Source: Azolla caroliniana (Eukaryota > Plantae > Polypodiophyta). Taken from it: DNA of 64,000 nt. The number at the start of each line of letters is the position of its first letter. Position 1 is the first letter of the stretch. Under the pieces are notes generated by a model. It did not search any database, was not told where the DNA came from, and was given only the letters and a program-made list of their open reading frames with translations. This document shows, piece by piece, positions 26,048 to 36,900 of this stretch. The stretch covers positions 7,626,001 through 7,690,000 of the forward strand of contig JBHGNT010000014.1 in assembly GCA_043228905.1 (NCBI GenBank). Reading direction: 5' to 3'. A program made the translations under genes and the position numbers.

Positions 26048-27083
26048 CAAGAAAACATTGCACATCACGCATTGAAAGGGGCGTTTGCCACTCTAAAATT
26101 GCTTGTACCTTCATGGGGTCCATAGCAATACCATCTGATGATACAACATACCTCAAAAATTCCACTTGATTCTGGCCGAAACTACACTTTTCTAATTTTG
26201 CGTAGAGACCATATTCTCAGAGTCGACGCAGTACCTGACGAACATGTTCGTCATGCTCCTCTTGGGTCTTCGAGTAGATTATAATATCATCTAGGTAAAC
26301 TATAGTGAAGATAACAAGAAAATCTTGAAAAATATCGTTCGCCATATGTTGGAAAACAACAGGTGCATTCGTGAGACCGAATGGCATCACTGTATACTAA
26401 AAATGTCCATAGCGAGTGCGGAAAGCTGTCTTCCATTCATCCCCCGGGCGAATCCGAACTAGATTATATACTCCGCGAAGGTCCAACTTCGTGAAATATT
26501 TTGCACCACTAAGACTTTCCAAAAGATTCGGGATTAATGGTAGAGCATATTTATTCCGGATAGTCACTTTGTTTAGCCCTCGATAATCCACGACCAACCG
26601 AAGAGTCCCATTATTCTTCTTAATGAAGAAGATAGGTGCACCAGCAGGGGATCTAGAATGCCAAATTAATCCGTTTGCCAGATTCTCATCAATATATTCT
26701 CGCAAAGTCTCTAGCTCTACAGGGGAGAGATTATAAATTGGGCCCCATGGAGGTTCTTTCCCTTGTTGTAAGTCAATAGGGCAGTCGTATGGCCGATGCT
26801 CCGGCAATGTATTGGCCTTCACCTTATCAAAGACATTTGAAAACTCCTTGTATTTCTCTGGTAGTTTAATGTCCGCTTCACGTGAAGTGGATGATGGAGT
26901 TGCTACTATTGCGAAGACAAACATGGCCTCATTCCCCCCTTCCTCCCGCAACTGTTGTAAAGAGATGGTTGATAACTCCATAACCCGAAGATTGATTGGA
27001 TGAAAAGAACAATTGAGGAGACCCGGGAAAAAAGCACAAACCCCGCATCCCTCTCTCCTACATGTGATAATAGATCCCCGGAG
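26048..27083 (-). pseudogene. Gypsy I reverse transcriptase N-terminal part
   Basis: [52 protein letters not shown]. Confidence 0.92.
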
Positions 27084-27442
27084 TGTCATGATAACACTCA
27101 CATCATGCATCGAAAGGATCATGACACTCACATTATGACTCAAAAGGATTTGAACCCACAACCTTGTTATACACATGTCAAATCCTTAACCATTGTATTA
27201 ATATTCTTATATGTATAGTTTTTAGAATATGAAATCTAATATCATAGGAATATTCTATATTACTCTACATTCTAGAATGACCTAGAATATTCCAGAGTGT
27301 TCTATACCACTAGAACCTGCTAGAATACTCTAGAGATCTTCTAGATTACTCTACGTTCTAGGATAACCTAGAATATTCTAGAGTGTTCTCAATTACTTAT
27401 AAATAGGGATCTACCGCCCATCCCAAACCTAAATTGGTTCAA
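27084..27442 (+). repeat. Inverted U3 portion of the gypsy I LTR
   Basis: 359-bp reverse complement of 16901-17259. Confidence 0.93.
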
Positions 27443-27444
27443 AC

Positions 27445-27536
27445 TGTCAAGACTGAGAGAGAGAAAGAGAGATAATTGAAAGAGAATTATTATATTGAAG
27501 AGTGAAATGGATTACAAAGAGTAGGCTACAAAATGG
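27445..27536 (-). repeat. R/U5 portion of the gypsy I LTR in normal orientation
   Basis: Direct repeat of 16787-16898 with fewer GA-rich units. Confidence 0.92.
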
Positions 27537-27896
27537 TGGAGACTAAAGTCTCATGTGATGTTGGGAAGAGGACAACCATTGGACCATTGGCCTTGATTCC
27601 AATTGAAGTTGTAGTGATTGATTGGATGCACCTTCCTTCACTTGAGAAGCAAAATCATGCTTTTGGTTCAGACTCTACCCTCATCATCTGATGTTGGGAC
27701 CTCACATTTGGCATTGAAATGCAATGGAACCTGTAGTGCTGCTTGACGCCCCCGGGCCCGAACCCACCCACCCTACCCTACCCTACCCTTTGGGAAGTGA
27801 GCCATGAAGAAGCATGAGAGGAGAACACGTGTGGTGTGGATAAAAAGTTCCCAAGGAAAGGGAGTGTTTTGTTTTTGGAAGAGGTGTGATCTACGT

Positions 27897-27929
<33 letters not shown>

Positions 27930-28215
27930 GTCTGTGTGTGTTCTCAGAACCTTTTGCCTCTCCCACCAATCAATGACTCTCCGCCCATGAGAGGCAATCA
28001 ATGGTGGGAGTCGGAGGAGCTGACATTCTTGATGGCTCTGTGTCTTCATCATCCCTGCTTCTGCAGACCAATGATGACGATGCTATTCATCATCATCATC
28101 CTCAGAAGAGCAGTAGAGTTTGTTAATTCACCCTTACATATATCTTATTATATATAAATACGTGAATGATGCATAAGTGATAATGAATGAGGAGGTTCTA
28201 TCTAATTCCTCTTTT

Positions 28216-28255
<40 letters not shown>

Positions 28256-28273
28256 TCTTCTTTTATCTAATGA

Positions 28274-31200
28274 ATGTTTCGTAAACCTCGGGCGCAGATA
28301 ACCGGAAAGGCATCATTTTCCAGACTTAAAACGACCCAAAAACTGGCATCGAAACCTGATCAGTTCTTCTATCACCAAGAAAGCTTAATAGAAGGAGCAA
28401 ACCAGCTATTATATGTTTCTTTAGAAGAGAGAATTTCCTCGTTGGAAAGAGGGAGACTTGATTCTGATTTTCCTTCAGTAGAGAGATTCATCTCCATACT
28501 CCATGACTGTAAAAAGGTGAAAGATAACAAATTCATAATCCGATGTTATATGTATCTACAGAGCAATGGGCTGGAATCTCAACCATTGCCTGGAAATCTA
28601 TTTGTCTCTATATTTGCAGACGTTGGAAATATATGCTATGCCCAGAAAGTATTCAATAGGCTTCATTGTCGAAATGAATGCACATGGATGTCTCTAATCT
28701 TAGGATATGTTAAATGTGGGGAGCCTCAAGAAGCCCTCATTTTTTATGAACAAATGCAGCAAGATGATTCTGTATACCCTAGCAAGCACACATTTGTGGC
28801 TGCCCTCAAGGCATGCTCTCAGATCACAGATTTGGAATGTGGATGTCGAATACATGATCAGATTGCTAAGAAAGGATTGATAGAGACGGATGTAGTGGTT
28901 GGGAGTGCCTTGGTTCATATGTATGCACAATGTGGTGTGCTTACCAAAGCTCAATCTGTGTTTGATAATCTGTTGATTCGGGATAGGATCTCCTGGAATG
29001 CGCTGCTTACAGGATATGCCAAACATGGGCATAGTGTGGATGCACTGAACTGTTTTGAAGAGATGAGAGTGGAGGGAATAGCACCAGACCGTGTTACTCT
29101 TCTCTGCTGCTTGAAGGCTTGTGGTAGCATAGGAGCCCTAGATCGAGGCGAAGTGTTGCATGCAGAGATTGATGAAAAAGGATTTCTAGAAACAAATGTT
29201 ACAATTGGCAATGCACTTGTGGATATGTATGCGAAATGTGGTTCCCTGATCAAAGCTCAGGAAGTGTTTGATAAGCTTCCAATTCGAGATGTGGTGTCAT
29301 GGACTGCATTGATTTCAGGTTACGTGGAAGCTGGTAATGGGCATGAAGCTTTGAATTGTTTTGATCATATGCAAGATGATGGAGTCTCCTCAGATCCTAT
29401 CTTGTTTGTTTGTGCTTTGAAAGCTTGTGGGTGCAAGGGAGAGGTGAGTAAGGGTCAGGATTTGCACACAGAAATTGTTATCAAAGGATTTGATCGAAAT
29501 ATGCATGTTTGCAGCTCCTTAGTGGATATGTATGCAAAATTTGGGTATCTATCAATATCAAAGAAACTATTGGATAGTCTTTCAATCCGAGGCCTAGTGT
29601 CCTGGAATGCACTGATAACAGGGTATGTTAAATTTGGATATGCTGATGAAGCACTCACTTGCTTTGACCAAATGCAGCATGAAGCAATCCCGCCTGATGC
29701 CATCACCTATGCTTGCAGCTTGACAGCTTGTGGATTCACAGGAGCTGCAGATAAAGGCCAAGAAATACATGATATGATTGTGAAACAAGGATACTTATTA
29801 GAAAGACATCCATCTGTTGTGAATGCATTAATTGACATGTATGCCAAATGTGGCTTACTTACTGTAGCACATAATGTTTTTGATAGCCTTTTATATCGAG
29901 ATGTAGTTTTGTGGACCATACTTATTTCAGGATATGCTGAGCATGGGTATTGTGAAGAAGCACTAAATTGTTTTAGTGAAATGCAATATGAAGGAATCTC
30001 TCCAGATGCTTTAACATTTGTCTGTTGTTTGAAAGCTTGTGGCAGCATTGGAGCAACAGATATGGGTGAAGAAATACACGCAGAAATTGCGAGACAAGGA
30101 TTGCTAGAAGAAGAAGATGCAGTACTGGGCAACGCTTTGCTTGATATGTATTTGAAGTGTGGCATGCTTGCAAAAGCCAGTGATTTTTTTAATGAACTTC
30201 CAGTTAGAGATGTAGTGACATGGAATGTGCTAATCGGTGGGTACATTCAACATCAGAGGTGTAAAGAAGCTTTGGTTGTTTTCCATCAGATGCAACAAGA
30301 AGGCATCTTTACAGACCTTATCACCTATACATGCATCTTGAAAGCTTGTGGCAGTTTAGTTTCTATAGAGAAAGGCCAGGAAATTCATAGTGAAATTATG
30401 AAAAAAGGATTTGCAGAGAAAGATGAAGTTGGGAATGCATTAATTGATATGTATTGTAAATGCAGCTACTTTGCAGAAGCAGAAAGTACTCTTGAAAACC
30501 TTTCAATCAAAAGTCTAGTATCATGGAATGCATTGATTTCAGGCTATGCTGACCATGACCATGCTGAGGAAGCAATCAAATGTTTCAGCAGGATGCAAGT
30601 TGAGGGCTTTCATCCAAATGCTTTCACATATGTTTCCATAGTCAAATCTTGCAATAACATAGGTGCCATAGATAAGGGCAAAGAATTACATTTGGAGATT
30701 GCAAAAAATGGTTTGCTTGAAGGAGACCGCCTTCTTGGTAGCAGTTTGCTCGATATGTATGCTAAATATGGCATGCTGGAGAAAGCCCAAGAAGTGTTTG
30801 ATGGGCTTGCATTTCATGATGTTGTTTCATGGACATCACTTATTGCAGGGTATGCTGAACATGGTTTTGGAGAAGCAGCCCTTACCTGTTTTGAGAAAAT
30901 GCAGCATGAGAGCATCCCTCGAGATGCCATTACATTTATATACATTTTGAAAGCATGTAGTAGTTTAGGAGCCGTGAACAAAGGAGAGGAGATATGTGTA
31001 GAAATTTTCCAGGCAGGATTGGTGGATAAAGACATAGATGTTGGAAATGCATTGCTAGACATGTATGCAAAATGTGGTTGGCCAGCTAAAGCGATGGAAG
31101 TGTTCGAAAAACTTAGTGATCGAGATATAGTTTCATGGACAACATTGGCCACGGCTTATGCGCTAGTTGGGGAAAGTGAAAGGACATTCTCCATCGTTGA

Positions 31201-31585
31201 TAAAATGACGAAACAAGGAGAAAACCCAAATCTTGTCACATTCCTGTGTCTTTTGAGTGTGTGTTCACACACCGGATTAGTGAGTAAAGCTCTGATGTAC
31301 TTCAAAGTCATGTGTGAAGATTTCTGTTTTGTTCCAAGTGTTGAACACCATGGATGCATTATTGATCTTCTTGGCCGAGCTGGCCAGTTAGAAGTGGCAA
31401 TGTCCTTAGTCAAGAGGATGCCATTTGATTGTACTAGTTCTGAAGTTTGGCATACACTCTTAAATGCTTGTAGAAAGTGTGGAAATGTGGAGCTTGGTGA
31501 ACAGGTCTTTGAGCATGCCCTTGTACTTGATCAAGGTGATACAGCTGCATATGTATGTATGTCCAATTTGTATTTAGAATGCTAG
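28274..31585 (+). CDS. PLS-class pentatricopeptide repeat protein with E1 and truncated E2, no DYW (putative organellar RNA-editing factor)
   Basis: Intronless 1103-aa ORF with about nine P-L-S triplets (DVVSWTALISGY / TFVCCLKACG / GNALVDMYAKCG), then HHGCIIDLLGRAG, VWHTLLNACR and AAYVCMSNLY before the stop. Confidence 0.95.
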   Translation: MFRKPRAQITGKASFSRLKTTQKLASKPDQFFYHQESLIEGANQLLYVSLEERISSLERGRLDSDFPSVERFISILHDCKKVKDNKFIIRCYMYLQSNGLESQPLPGNLFVSIFADVGNICYAQKVFNRLHCRNECTWMSLILGYVKCGEPQEALIFYEQMQQDDSVYPSKHTFVAALKACSQITDLECGCRIHDQIAKKGLIETDVVVGSALVHMYAQCGVLTKAQSVFDNLLIRDRISWNALLTGYAKHGHSVDALNCFEEMRVEGIAPDRVTLLCCLKACGSIGALDRGEVLHAEIDEKGFLETNVTIGNALVDMYAKCGSLIKAQEVFDKLPIRDVVSWTALISGYVEAGNGHEALNCFDHMQDDGVSSDPILFVCALKACGCKGEVSKGQDLHTEIVIKGFDRNMHVCSSLVDMYAKFGYLSISKKLLDSLSIRGLVSWNALITGYVKFGYADEALTCFDQMQHEAIPPDAITYACSLTACGFTGAADKGQEIHDMIVKQGYLLERHPSVVNALIDMYAKCGLLTVAHNVFDSLLYRDVVLWTILISGYAEHGYCEEALNCFSEMQYEGISPDALTFVCCLKACGSIGATDMGEEIHAEIARQGLLEEEDAVLGNALLDMYLKCGMLAKASDFFNELPVRDVVTWNVLIGGYIQHQRCKEALVVFHQMQQEGIFTDLITYTCILKACGSLVSIEKGQEIHSEIMKKGFAEKDEVGNALIDMYCKCSYFAEAESTLENLSIKSLVSWNALISGYADHDHAEEAIKCFSRMQVEGFHPNAFTYVSIVKSCNNIGAIDKGKELHLEIAKNGLLEGDRLLGSSLLDMYAKYGMLEKAQEVFDGLAFHDVVSWTSLIAGYAEHGFGEAALTCFEKMQHESIPRDAITFIYILKACSSLGAVNKGEEICVEIFQAGLVDKDIDVGNALLDMYAKCGWPAKAMEVFEKLSDRDIVSWTTLATAYALVGESERTFSIVDKMTKQGENPNLVTFLCLLSVCSHTGLVSKALMYFKVMCEDFCFVPSVEHHGCIIDLLGRAGQLEVAMSLVKRMPFDCTSSEVWHTLLNACRKCGNVELGEQVFEHALVLDQGDTAAYVCMSNLYLEC

Positions 31586-31974
31586 AATCGGGAGATCAGC
31601 AATATAAATATTGACCAAACTATCATAACTAAAATTTTGGGAACGAAAACAATCCCAAATGTACATACTTGTATCGCAATGATCCTTAATTCTTCATGTG
31701 CATTTTCATTTGTAAGCCTTATCTATTATGGACTTCCTATAAATGTGTAGATATCAAAATCCTTCTTAAAGATTCATCAAACAGATGACATATCTTTAAC
31801 TAGGGAAACCATAAAAGATCTCTTTGAACCAAAGTTTGAGGCTTACAATTATGTTGGGCCTTGTATTGAAACAACATAAGGCTGGATTATTTTAGTGGTT
31901 TAAACTTCTTTGATGTAATTATATGAGTAGTTATAGAAGATCTAGTTTAAGACACATGCACATAAGGACTGCTT

Positions 31975-32440
31975 GATTCAAGTCAGGTTCAAGTTTTTGT
32001 AAACGGTTCAATTTCGTTTTGTTTCAGTTCTAGCCTTTATCCGTTTAACGGTTTGACGGTTAAGGATTGATATTTGATAATTTTATAAAATTTGTTTTGA
32101 ACATTTTAAGCCTAATTTTGATATTTTAAGAAAAACCTTTAAATTTTGAAATTTTGAAAATTTTGAAATTTTGAAAATTTTGAAATTTTTAAAATTAAAA
32201 CATGAAATTTTGAATTTTGACTTAACTTGAAAACCTAAACCGCGGTTTTAACAGTTTAACGATTTAAAGGTTTAAAAGTCATTGAAACCGTTTGGTTTGA
32301 GCTTGATTTTTTCGTAACGGTTCGATTTAAACTATTTTGTTTTAAGCAATTTCATGGTTCGGTTCGGTTTAAGTTTCAATTATTTTAAACAATTTGAGTT
32401 TGAGACTCTTGAACCGAACTAAACTAAATTGAACCATTAG
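31975..32440. other. AT-rich MITE/hAT-like remnant with AACCG/CGGTT motifs and AAATTTTG tandem repeats
   Basis: Many aacggtt/ggttc motifs; (aaattttga)n at about 32140-32220; no clear TIR or TSD. Confidence 0.4.
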
Positions 32441-32444
32441 TGAT

Positions 32445-32863
32445 TGTTAATTTTTTACAATGATTATAATGACTAAACATGACGTGATGGTCACCATGTG
32501 ATAGCTAGGCTTGAACCTATGACCTATCCTATGTCTACGTATATATTAAATATTCATTAATGAGCTATTGTAATTAGAAGAATCTAGAATATTCTAGAAC
32601 TTTTTGGAACATTCTGGAAAACCCTAGAATGCTCCATGAGCCACTATATAATCAAGCCCCCTCACTCTTGTTGAAACATTCTATTTCAACACCAGTCTTG
32701 AGTTATCTATGTAAGCTCTCTTGTGTACTTCTTTATCTTAATATGTATTTCCTTTCATAGTTTCTCTCTCTCTCTCTCTCTCTCCATGGCTATCTCATCT
32801 ATCTCTATCATCCATCACTCTTTCTCTCGCTCTTTCTCTCGCTATCTTGTCTCAACTCTAATA
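32445..32863 (+). repeat. 5' LTR of old gypsy element L
   Basis: TGTTA..TAATA ends, TCTAGA repeats, TATA box, then GT plus TTGAACCAGAAT (self-priming-like site); partner LTR not in window. Confidence 0.6.
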
Positions 32864-33094
32864 GTTTGAACCAGAATTCCCCTTTCCTTAGCCACTTCCT
32901 AAGCCCTATATAATTGTGCCAACTGTTAGTCAACAAGATTTTATGACTGTTGTCTCTGAATTGGAAAGCCTTAAGACCAAATTTGTGGCACTTGAGATGG
33001 ACAATCAATGATTGTTTGAGGATCTCCAAATAGTGGTCGTGGAAAAAACAACATGATGAGTTCACATGACGAGTACAACAATTAGAGTTAGCGT

Positions 33095-33835
33095 TGTCGT
33101 GAAGATTTCCGGCTACGGTGAGAAAACCAAGAGGGACAATTTAAATGGGGATGTACAACGTTGCACATGCACTTGTAAATTTGTGTAATAAGAATAAGTA
33201 AACAAAATGTAATGGGAAGGGTAATAATCTAAGGTGCTAAAGGTGCACCACGGAGTTTGTAGAGGCATAAATGTGATGTGCACTTTGTAGAGTACGAGGT
33301 CAGTAATGGGCATAGTAGTATGTGTGAGGAGTGGGAGCTAAGGCCCATCAATCCCTCCTCCTAGAATCCAAGCAAATATCCCCATTGAATAAAGGGGATA
33401 TTTAGTCTCTCCTTTTTGTAACGGCTTTCTCTGCTTATGCAATAAAAGGAGAGGAAGGGGCACCATTGAAGGGGTTGCCTATTTTGAGTAAGAGAGGTAT
33501 ACCACTTAGGTCCGGGGTCTTTATTCGGGTTTCTTTTAGGGTTTTCTTCTAGGGTTTCTTCTTCGTCTTCTTTACTTGCTTATCCGGTTAGGGTTTTGTT
33601 ATACCATTTGGTGCGGTCTATGCATCCATTGTTGTAATCATTCGTGAAGTCTTAATAAACTTGTTGAGTATGTCGAATCCATCGTCTTCTTCTTCAATCT
33701 TAATGTCATATTCATTGTCCTCTCCTCTTGAGCTAAGCTTCCATTTCTTGTCTTATTCTTTCTCCTCTACTCCCTAGTCCAAGACCCCTGCGGTCCCGCC
33801 TTGGATCCTACACGTACTCGCGGAATATCGCGACA
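33095..33835 (+). repeat. 5' LTR of element D
   Basis: TGTCG..CGACA; matches the split 3' LTR; related to the B LTR around TATA/telobox and U5. Confidence 0.93.
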
Positions 33836-33840
33836 TAATT

Positions 33841-33858
33841 TGGTGAACCCGACGTGAA
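33841..33858 (+). promoter_or_regulatory. PBS tRNA-Trp (element D)
   Basis: TGGTGAACCCGACGTGAA. Confidence 0.88.
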
Positions 33859-33931
33859 GAGGCGGCAAGGGAGGACGGAGATGGATGAAGACTTTGACTT
33901 CGCGGAGATGATGGCAAAGATTGTGACGGAT

Positions 33932-36900
33932 TGTAAAGAATCGGATATGGATTCTTGTGAAGCGGAAGAGATATGAGTTATGTGTGTGTATGAGAGAGAG
34001 AGTGTGAGAGAGAGAGAGACAAGGAATAAGACACAGAGAATACGCAAGGTAAGAGTATATTAACAAAGGACAAAGACTCAAGACAATACAAGGTGGGAGG
34101 AGGGTGCTTTATATAGTCACCCTCTCTCTTCCTTAACTACAAGACTCATGGAGGATGGGGAATGTGAAAGCTCATAAGTTATGTGTCATAGAATATGATT
34201 CTATGACTCAGACTAAATCCTAGAATACAAAGAGGTGACATAATGGTGACTCTTGCCGTTGGAGTGTCTATTCACTCTCAAGGTGAGTTCACACACTAGA
34301 CCAAGTTGAGCTTGATTCTCAACACACCCCCTCAAGCTCAAGTCAGGTCGGTTTAAGACGGTATCCGAAATCCGCTTCGACTCGCGTTCCGGAGTGCACG
34401 TCGATTCACGTCGACTCACATTTATGCGGAGTTGCGGGATCCGTGCTCTAGCTTGCGTTGTGCGTAGTTGCGAAGTCTGTGCTTCAGCTTGTGTCTTTCT
34501 TCGCGTCTTTGCGCGGTTGCGTAATCCACGCATTATTGCGTAGTGTGCGCGGTTTGCGGAATCCTTGCGTTATTGCGTAGCGTCTTCAGTACTCCCCCTC
34601 AAGCTTGGTAGGTTAGGGATCATCAACCCTAGATCGGTCATGAATTGCCATAGCTTGTCGGCTCCTAAGGCTTTAGTGAAGATGTCGGCCGTTTGAAGAT
34701 TGGTGCTAATGTGTTGTAGGTTGACATCGCCAGCTAGAACACGCTCTCGGATGAAGTGATAGTGCACTTCGATGTGCTTTGTCCGCGTGTGGAACACCGG
34801 GTTCCGAGCCAAATAAATACTGCTCATGTTGTCGAAGTAAAGGGGAGTTGGATCCTTGATGGGAACGCCCAAATCCTTCAAAATCCTCTTTAGCCATACG
34901 GCTTCACATGCAGCTACGGTTGCACCCCTGTATTCCGCCTCTATACTTGAAAGAGCGATGATAGGCTGCTTCTTGCTACTCTAGGATATTGCTCCATTGC
35001 CGAGGGAGGAAACAAATGCGGAGGTTGATCTTCTATCGGCTTTGTAGCCGGCCCAATCGGCGTCGGTGTACCCCTCGAGTCATATTGGCATCGCAGTCTT
35101 GTAGAGGATGTCGTAATCCATTGTGCTGCTCATGTATCGAAGAACTCGCTTAGCGCAATCCAAGTGAGTATCACGCGGTGTTTGCATGAATTGACTAAGG
35201 AGACCGACCAGATAACTGAGATCAGGACGAGTGATCGTGAGGTAGATGAGACTCCCGATGAGTTGCCGATATTGAGTCGGTTCACACGCTTTGGTGCCGG
35301 AGTTCGCATCTAGTTTGAGATTGCGATCGAGCGGGGTTGCCGCGGATTTGCGCTCAACCATACCGAACTTGTATAACAAGTTGAGGATGTAGTGCCGTTC
35401 AGAGATCATGATTCCGGCCGGAGACCGAATTACCTCAATGCTGAGGAAGTAGTGGAGCTCCTTCATGTCTGTCATCTCGAACTTGTCAGAAAGGAGGGAT
35501 TTGACCTTATTGATTTCGACGAGATGCTCACCTCCAATGACTAGGTCATCCACATATAAGATGATGACGATTGGACTTGCGGAATCGCGTCGTATGTAGA
35601 GGGAGTTGTCCGATTTGACATACGGAAGCCGATTTGATGAAGATATTGCGTTATCTTCGAATGCCAAGCACCCAGTGCTTGATTGAGGCCGTACAGTGGC
35701 TTCTTGAGTCAGCATACAACTTTCGGATGGGTGCTCGAGTTGAAGCCGGGTGGTTGTATCATGTACACCTCCTCTTCTAATTCGCCTTGTAGAAATGCGT
35801 TCTTGACGTCCATTTGATGGAGGTGCCACCCTTTCGCCGCGGCAAGCACAATTACAGTCCGTACCGTCGTCATCTTTGCCACCGAGGCAAAGGTCTCCTT
35901 GTAGTCAACTCCGTGCATTTGGGCGTAGCATTTCACTACGAGTCGCACTTTGTAGCGGGTGACGGAACCGTCGGTGTTGTACTTCACTTTGTAAATCCAT
36001 TTGCATTTGATCGCCTTTTTGTGTGGTGAGGTGGGAACAAGATCCCACGTCTCATTCTTGCGTAGTGCCTGCATCTCCTCGTTCATGGCTTCTATCTAGC
36101 GCGGATCCTTGGCTGCTTCGGAAAATGTTTCCGGCTCGCATATTGTCGCTACCTTCATCATAAAGGCATAGTGATATGCCATGTAGTCATTGTAGCCGAA
36201 TCAGTTGACCGGATTCTTTTCACGGGTGGAGCAACGGAGCTTTTCATTTGCAGAGATGAGGGCTTTCTTAGCGCCGATTGGTACATTGAAGCCACCAAAC
36301 TCATTGTCGAGTGAGTGAGTCGACTCATCGCCGTCGAAGCGATCGTCTACGTATTCCGCCATTTTCGCCTTGCCTTTGTCCATCTTCGGGCTAGGCCGTG
36401 ATGTGCTTTGATCGCTCAAAGGCTCTTGTGGTCCGCTCAGTCGGGTCGTGATCGGACTTTCTTCGAACATGCGCGTAAGGCGATCTTCATCCTCTATCTC
36501 TTGTTCGGCGGATTCTGGGTTTAGTGGAGTCGGAGTCGAAGTTGTCTCTGGTGTGTACCAGGATGCGGACTCGAGATTTTCGAGTTGAGGGGTTGTAGCA
36601 CTTGTACCCCTTTTGCTCCAATGAGTATCCTACGAGGATACATTTCTCCGACTTCGGGTCGAGCTTTTGACGCTTCTCATCGGGGATGTGCACGTACGCT
36701 ATTGCGCCGAATATCCGGATGTGTGATAAGTCCAGCGTCTTTCCGAAGTATTTTTCGTGCGGAGTGACCTCGTGCACACCAGATGTTGTGCACCAGTTCA
36801 TTAGGTAGACGGCCGTATTTGCAGCTTCGGCCCAATATGACTTGGGCATATGCTTCTCGTTCATCATGGCCCGTGCTACTTCGAGGATGTACCGATTTTT

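Larger units (their letters stand above)
16787..27534 (-). mobile_element. Ty3/gypsy chromovirus I (Tcn1/Tf1-like), gag-protease missing, 5' LTR rearranged, interrupted by copia C
   Basis: 3' LTR 16787-17259; RT-RH-INT-chromodomain order; GGTGG at both ends (16782-16786 / 27535-27539). Confidence 0.88.

Noticed and set aside
27804-28157. 117-aa ORF upstream of the PPR gene
   Set aside because: Runs through (CT)n(AT)n microsatellites and has low complexity; more likely promoter or UTR sequence
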